Position numbers and translations under genes: made by a program
From: an uncultured Nitrospiraceae bacterium
GTDB taxonomy: Bacteria > Nitrospirota > Thermodesulfovibrionia > Thermodesulfovibrionales > Dissulfurispiraceae
Length of the DNA stretch: 64,000 nt
Assembly: GCA_963705105.1 (NCBI GenBank)
Contig: CAVPIW010000007.1
Span: 160,001-224,000, forward strand
Direction: 5' to 3'
Shown: positions 60,322 to 64,000 of the stretch, piece by piece
Position numbering within the stretch: the first letter of the stretch is position 1
Layout of the letters: each line of letters begins with the position of its first letter
The notes under the pieces: model-generated
Database searches by the model: none
What the model saw: only the letters and a program-made list of their open reading frames with translations
Told to the model about the DNA's origin: nothing

Positions 60322-60930
60322 TTACGAATCAGGCCGTTCCGTGCTGGGTCTATCCCCTGGTCCGGGCAGGGACTTTTTTGAGCCGCCCCTCGCTTCTCCT
60401 TCAATCAGCGAATCTATGTCATCATAGGCATAAATCGTCAGGGCCCTGTTGTCCGGCAAACCTCCCGTATCCACGGAAGGCCCGTACACACTGTGAACCT
60501 GCCTGCCCAGCAGTCTCAGCAGCATCGTCATCTCCGCCCGGTGATGAGCCGTGTGGGCGATCCTCCTGACCATTATCCAAGCCCTTGTATGCCTGACATC
60601 GAAAAAGGGGACCTCCTGTTCCCACCAGATTTTATCCTTTCCCCTGAGAACAAGCAGCCGCTTTCCGGAATCCTCGGCGTATCGTTTTATGAACTCGAAA
60701 CGCAGCTCCCTTTCGGGCAACGGAGGTGCACCGACATCAATGCCGAACATATTGCAGAACCACTTGTTTTCACTCAAACACTGATGAACCATGTGCTCAA
60801 GAGGGTTCCTGTCTCTCCCAAGGAGCGGATGGGGTCGGATCGGGAGGTCCTCATCACTGAACAGGCTCCAGACGTTCAGGGTCTTGAGCCGCTCGGAGTC
60901 ATAGGTATCAACAAGAAAATCATATTCCAC
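60322..60930 (-). CDS. DinB-family protein
   Basis: HMVHQCLSE..RRIAHTAHHRAE..YGPS. Confidence 0.88.
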   Translation of the reverse strand: MEYDFLVDTYDSERLKTLNVWSLFSDEDLPIRPHPLLGRDRNPLEHMVHQCLSENKWFCNMFGIDVGAPPLPERELRFEFIKRYAEDSGKRLLVLRGKDKIWWEQEVPFFDVRHTRAWIMVRRIAHTAHHRAEMTMLLRLLGRQVHSVYGPSVDTGGLPDNRALTIYAYDDIDSLIEGEARGGSKKSLPGPGDRPSTERPDS

Positions 60931-60966
60931 ACGAATTCTCCTTCCCTTTCCACATGCGCACAGGCA

Positions 60967-61016
60967 GTTTATTTTGCGAAGAAATCATGCCCTCTCCTCG
61001 TATCCGATTATTTTGG
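60967..61016 (-). repeat. Dispersed motif B
   Basis: Reverse complement CCAAAATAATCGGATACGAGGAGAGGGCATGATTTCTTCGCAAAATAAAC. Confidence 0.8.
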
Positions 61017-61054
61017 ACCGCAATGATTCCCTGATAAAGAGGTCTCTCTCCCCC

Positions 61055-61213
61055 CTAATCGCGGCGGTCTTTCCCGGAATTGCCGAAGAGATACTTGCTC
61101 CGCGATATGAGGATGACGACGAGGGCGAAGATGAGGGCTATACCGATAAACTTTGTGAGTTTGAGGACGATGAGAAGGACCAGGATGGCGGCGATGATTA
61201 GGTAGGTCGTCAC
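61055..61213 (-). CDS. 52-aa two-helix membrane microprotein (below the ORF track cutoff)
   Basis: GTG immediately after the atpI-like stop with GAGGG RBS: MTTYLIIAAILVLLIVLKLTKFIGIALIFALVVILISRSKYLFGNSGKDRRD. Confidence 0.65.
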   Translation of the reverse strand: MTTYLIIAAILVLLIVLKLTKFIGIALIFALVVILISRSKYLFGNSGKDRRD

Positions 61214-61573
61214 TCACCCCTCTTGCTTTTTCGAGTAGAGCAGGCCCTCTTTCACAATGATGAAGAAGACGACCGTCAGGCCGATGAGCAGGCCGTAGAC
61301 CTTGATCAGCTTGAGGACGAAGAGGACGACGAGGGCCGCAAAAACAATGAACATCTTGAAGATGCTGATGAAGACCATCTTCCCCTGCGCTCCCTCGGCT
61401 CCCAGCAGGTTCGTGGCGCTCCAGACGATCCCTCTCAGGTTGAGGACAGCGACCAGTCCACCGACGACGATGCTCAGCGCAAACCGCCATTCCTCGACAA
61501 AGAGGGAAACACCGGAGGCTGCTATGATGACGACGGCGGCCTGGACGTTAATGCGGCGGACCATTTCATCCAT
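61214..61573 (-). CDS. ATP synthase subunit I-like membrane protein
   Basis: Four TM helices, GG.V..LN, adjacent to an AtpZ-like gene. Confidence 0.75.
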   Translation of the reverse strand: MDEMVRRINVQAAVVIIAASGVSLFVEEWRFALSIVVGGLVAVLNLRGIVWSATNLLGAEGAQGKMVFISIFKMFIVFAALVVLFVLKLIKVYGLLIGLTVVFFIIVKEGLLYSKKQEG

Positions 61574-61576
61574 CTG

Positions 61577-61861
61577 TCACCGGTCCTCCTTTCCCTGTTT
61601 CTTCGCAACCCTGAAGAGTTCCCTGAAGCCCGCAATGATCCCGAAGATCAGGAAAATGAACGACAGCCAGGGTTTCGTCCCGAAGAGACTGTCAAGGCCG
61701 TAGCCCATGGCGAGACCGGCAAAGGTGCAGAGGACGAGGTGGATGCCGACGGAAAAGGCGTAATAGACATCTTTGTCGAAAATGTTTCCCGAGAGTTGCC
61801 GGAAAAAGGATTTCTTCTCTTCCTTTTCGTCTTTTTTTCTTTCAGTTTTTTCGTCGGTCAA
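61577..61861 (-). CDS. AtpZ/AtpI-family protein
   Basis: GLAMGYGLDSLFGTKPW..FGIIAGFREL. Confidence 0.88.
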   Translation of the reverse strand: MTDEKTERKKDEKEEKKSFFRQLSGNIFDKDVYYAFSVGIHLVLCTFAGLAMGYGLDSLFGTKPWLSFIFLIFGIIAGFRELFRVAKKQGKEDR

Positions 61862-61935
61862 TGGGCACCTCCCCTCTCCTGCCGCCGCATCAAACGGCAG
61901 ACCTTTTGTGATGCGACCCGGTCAAACGACCATGC

Positions 61936-62469
61936 TCACGCCGGGGATTCATTCTCAGATAGTATATATTCCCTGAGCAGCTTTGCAACTTCCCTGTAGA
62001 AAACCGTTCCGGCCGTAGCCTCCAGCCTGTCGCAGAAATCAGGCACCCAGAGGAGGAGGTGTTCATCGAGAAACCTCCTCTGGGGTTCTTCCATGTCATG
62101 CCAGACAAGATAGCTCATAAAGATCAGTTCCGCTGAAATATGGTCGGGTATCAGGTCGAACTCCTCATGAATGACCAGACCGACGGACCTGTAAAACGTC
62201 GCCGCCTCTTCTGCCGCTCTGCCCCTGAATCCCGGTCTGTCTCCGATCGAGTACCGGTAAAACGATTCATAGGGAGGGACGGCAGGATGAGGAAGGCCAA
62301 AGAGAAAGCGAAAGTCGCCGCCGACCTCCTCAACGGTCTCTTCGAACGTGAGCGGCAACATCTCCTTCATCTCGATCAACTCTTCGGCGGTCGGCTCCTT
62401 CATAAAGAGGCCGGCGAAAAGATTGTACAGCTCGTAACGCTCTATATCATCGTTCTCAAAAAGTGCCAC
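61936..62469 (-). CDS. TorD/DmsD-family molybdoenzyme chaperone
   Basis: PPYESFY, PDHISAEL.FM, FLDEHL..W. Confidence 0.9.
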   Translation of the reverse strand: MALFENDDIERYELYNLFAGLFMKEPTAEELIEMKEMLPLTFEETVEEVGGDFRFLFGLPHPAVPPYESFYRYSIGDRPGFRGRAAEEAATFYRSVGLVIHEEFDLIPDHISAELIFMSYLVWHDMEEPQRRFLDEHLLLWVPDFCDRLEATAGTVFYREVAKLLREYILSENESPA

Positions 62470-62474
62470 AATAA

Positions 62475-62883
62475 ACCCAAACGTCGATACCCCCTCGGGA
62501 AAGGCGGGCTGTGTGCACCACGAACAGTGGATAATACCTCATCGTTGCAACACACTCCCCGGGAAGGCGGTGCGTATGCGCCGCTTAACAATAAACAGTA
62601 GACAATAGACAGCAGGCAAAGACAGGAACGAGACGACAAACACACCGACGGGAAGGCTGATGTGGTGAAAAACCTTTCCGCTAAGATACCTTATCGATCA
62701 CCAGACCACCCTTTGCCGTGTCTATCGATGACAAAAGTCCGCCAGGCAACAGAGACTGAACACCTGATATGTCTCACCATCGCATTGGAAAGGCTTTGAA
62801 CCATATCTGCCTTCCCGGAGGCATCATCGCCTTCAGCAAGGCTTTGAGGCGCTACGCCCCGCCTTTCCATGCAAGGACAAGGT
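62475..62883 (+). repeat. Left-end fragment (62475-62520) plus full type 1 element (62536-62883)
   Basis: ACCTCATCGTTGCAA..GGGAAGGCGGTGCGTATGCGCC ... GGCGCTACGCCCCGCCTTTCCATGCAAGGACAAGGT. Confidence 0.92.
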
Positions 62884-62892
62884 TCAGAGACG

Positions 62893-64000
62893 TCAGTCCT
62901 TCAGCGACCGCATGCTCAGATACGCCGCAGCGATCGTCTTCTCTATGTCCTTCGCCGAATGGGCGAGCGAGATGAATCCGGCTTCGAATTGGGAGGGAGC
63001 GAGATTGACACCGCTGTCGAGCATGTTCAGGAAGAACCGGCCGAACTTTGCCGTGTCCGCTTTCTTTGCCGTCTCATAGTCGACAACGTCACCGCCCGTG
63101 AAATATGTGCAGAACATTGTCCCCGCCCGGTAGAACCTCGTCCTGACACCGGCTTTCTTCGCAACATCCCTGAGCCCTTCCTCAAGATGGACCATGCTCC
63201 GTTCGAGCTTCTCGTACACGCCTTTCCCGGAGAGGATCTTCAGCGTCTCGATGCCTGCCGTCATGGCGAGGGGATTGCCTGAAAGGGTGCCGGCCTGATA
63301 CACGGGACCCTCGGGAGCGACAACGGACATGATGTCATTCCTTCCACCGAAGGCGCCGACGGGAAGACCGCCCCCGATCACCTTGCCGAGGCAGGTGAGG
63401 TCCGGCTTTATGCCATAGGCCGCCTGTGCCCCGCCGTGAGAGACCCTGAAGCCTGTCATGACCTCGTCGAAGATGAGGACAATGCCGTATTTCTCCGTCT
63501 CCTTCCTCAGCATTTCGAGGTACCCGGGCCGTGGCAGGACACATCCGATGTTGCCGACGACGGGCTCGACGATGACTGCCGCGATCTCCCCGCCTGACTT
63601 GGCGAGAAGAACCTTGAAGGCCTTTGCATCGTTGAACGGCAGCGTCAGGGTGTTGCGCGCATACGATTTCGGCACGCCCGGGCTGTCGGGAACTCCGAAT
63701 GTCATTGCACCCGACCCCGCCTTCACGAGGAGGCCGTCGGCATGGCCGTGGTAGCAGCCCTCGAACTTGACGATCTTGTCGCGGCCCGTAAAGCCCCGGG
63801 CCACCCTCAGGGCGCTCATCGTCGCCTCCGTCCCCGAGTTGACCATCCGGACCTTTTCGATGGACGGGTAGACCTTCATGATCATTCGGGCAAGCTCGAT
63901 CTCGAGCGGCGTCGGGGCGCCGTAACTCGTCCCCTTCTCGGCGGCCCGCTGCAGGGCTTTGACGACGGAGGGATGAGCATGGCCGAGAATCATGGGCCCC
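62893..64000 (-). CDS. hemL: Glutamate-1-semialdehyde 2,1-aminomutase (5' end outside window)
   Basis: [42 protein letters not shown]. Confidence 0.98.
   Translation of the reverse strand, partial: GPMILGHAHPSVVKALQRAAEKGTSYGAPTPLEIELARMIMKVYPSIEKVRMVNSGTEATMSALRVARGFTGRDKIVKFEGCYHGHADGLLVKAGSGAMTFGVPDSPGVPKSYARNTLTLPFNDAKAFKVLLAKSGGEIAAVIVEPVVGNIGCVLPRPGYLEMLRKETEKYGIVLIFDEVMTGFRVSHGGAQAAYGIKPDLTCLGKVIGGGLPVGAFGGRNDIMSVVAPEGPVYQAGTLSGNPLAMTAGIETLKILSGKGVYEKLERSMVHLEEGLRDVAKKAGVRTRFYRAGTMFCTYFTGGDVVDYETAKKADTAKFGRFFLNMLDSGVNLAPSQFEAGFISLAHSAKDIEKTIAAAYLSMRSLKD

Noticed and set aside
1..64000. CRISPR array, tRNA or rRNA
   Set aside because: No regularly spaced direct repeats with unique spacers, and no cloverleaf or rRNA signatures were recognised

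Overview
A 64 kb window of GC-rich bacterial chromosome. Gene content and order suggest an anaerobe of Nitrospirota/deltaproteobacterial type; this taxonomy is an inference. The backbone carries dinG, CIRCE-groES-groEL, mltG-ispG, dppBC, glnE, yyaL, atpZ/atpI-like genes and hemL. Five accessory features stand out. (1) A decayed chromosomal integron (about 27.08-39.37 kb) with a truncated intI, two homologous attI+Pc platforms and about 8 complete or partial attC sites. Its cassettes encode an R-M pair, a TA pair, a duplicated GNAT, a dihaem cytochrome c, DJ-1, PpnP and SDR/photolyase, and it is parasitised by IS110, IS3 and group IIC intron remnants. (2) Two genes split by in-frame TGA at a conserved Cys position (MsrA G-U-FWG; DUF1573 S-U-GC), both followed by a hairpin containing CCAGUUCG; these are likely selenoproteins sharing a SECIS. 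(3) A dense family of about 13 non-coding fold-back elements or fragments with common inverted ends and three alternative cores, occupying many intergenic gaps. (4) A 3215-aa secreted repeat protein with a nucleotidyltransferase-like motif. (5) A signal-peptide RHS protein with a 58-aa, 9-Cys C-terminal payload. No rRNA, tRNA or CRISPR array was recognised.
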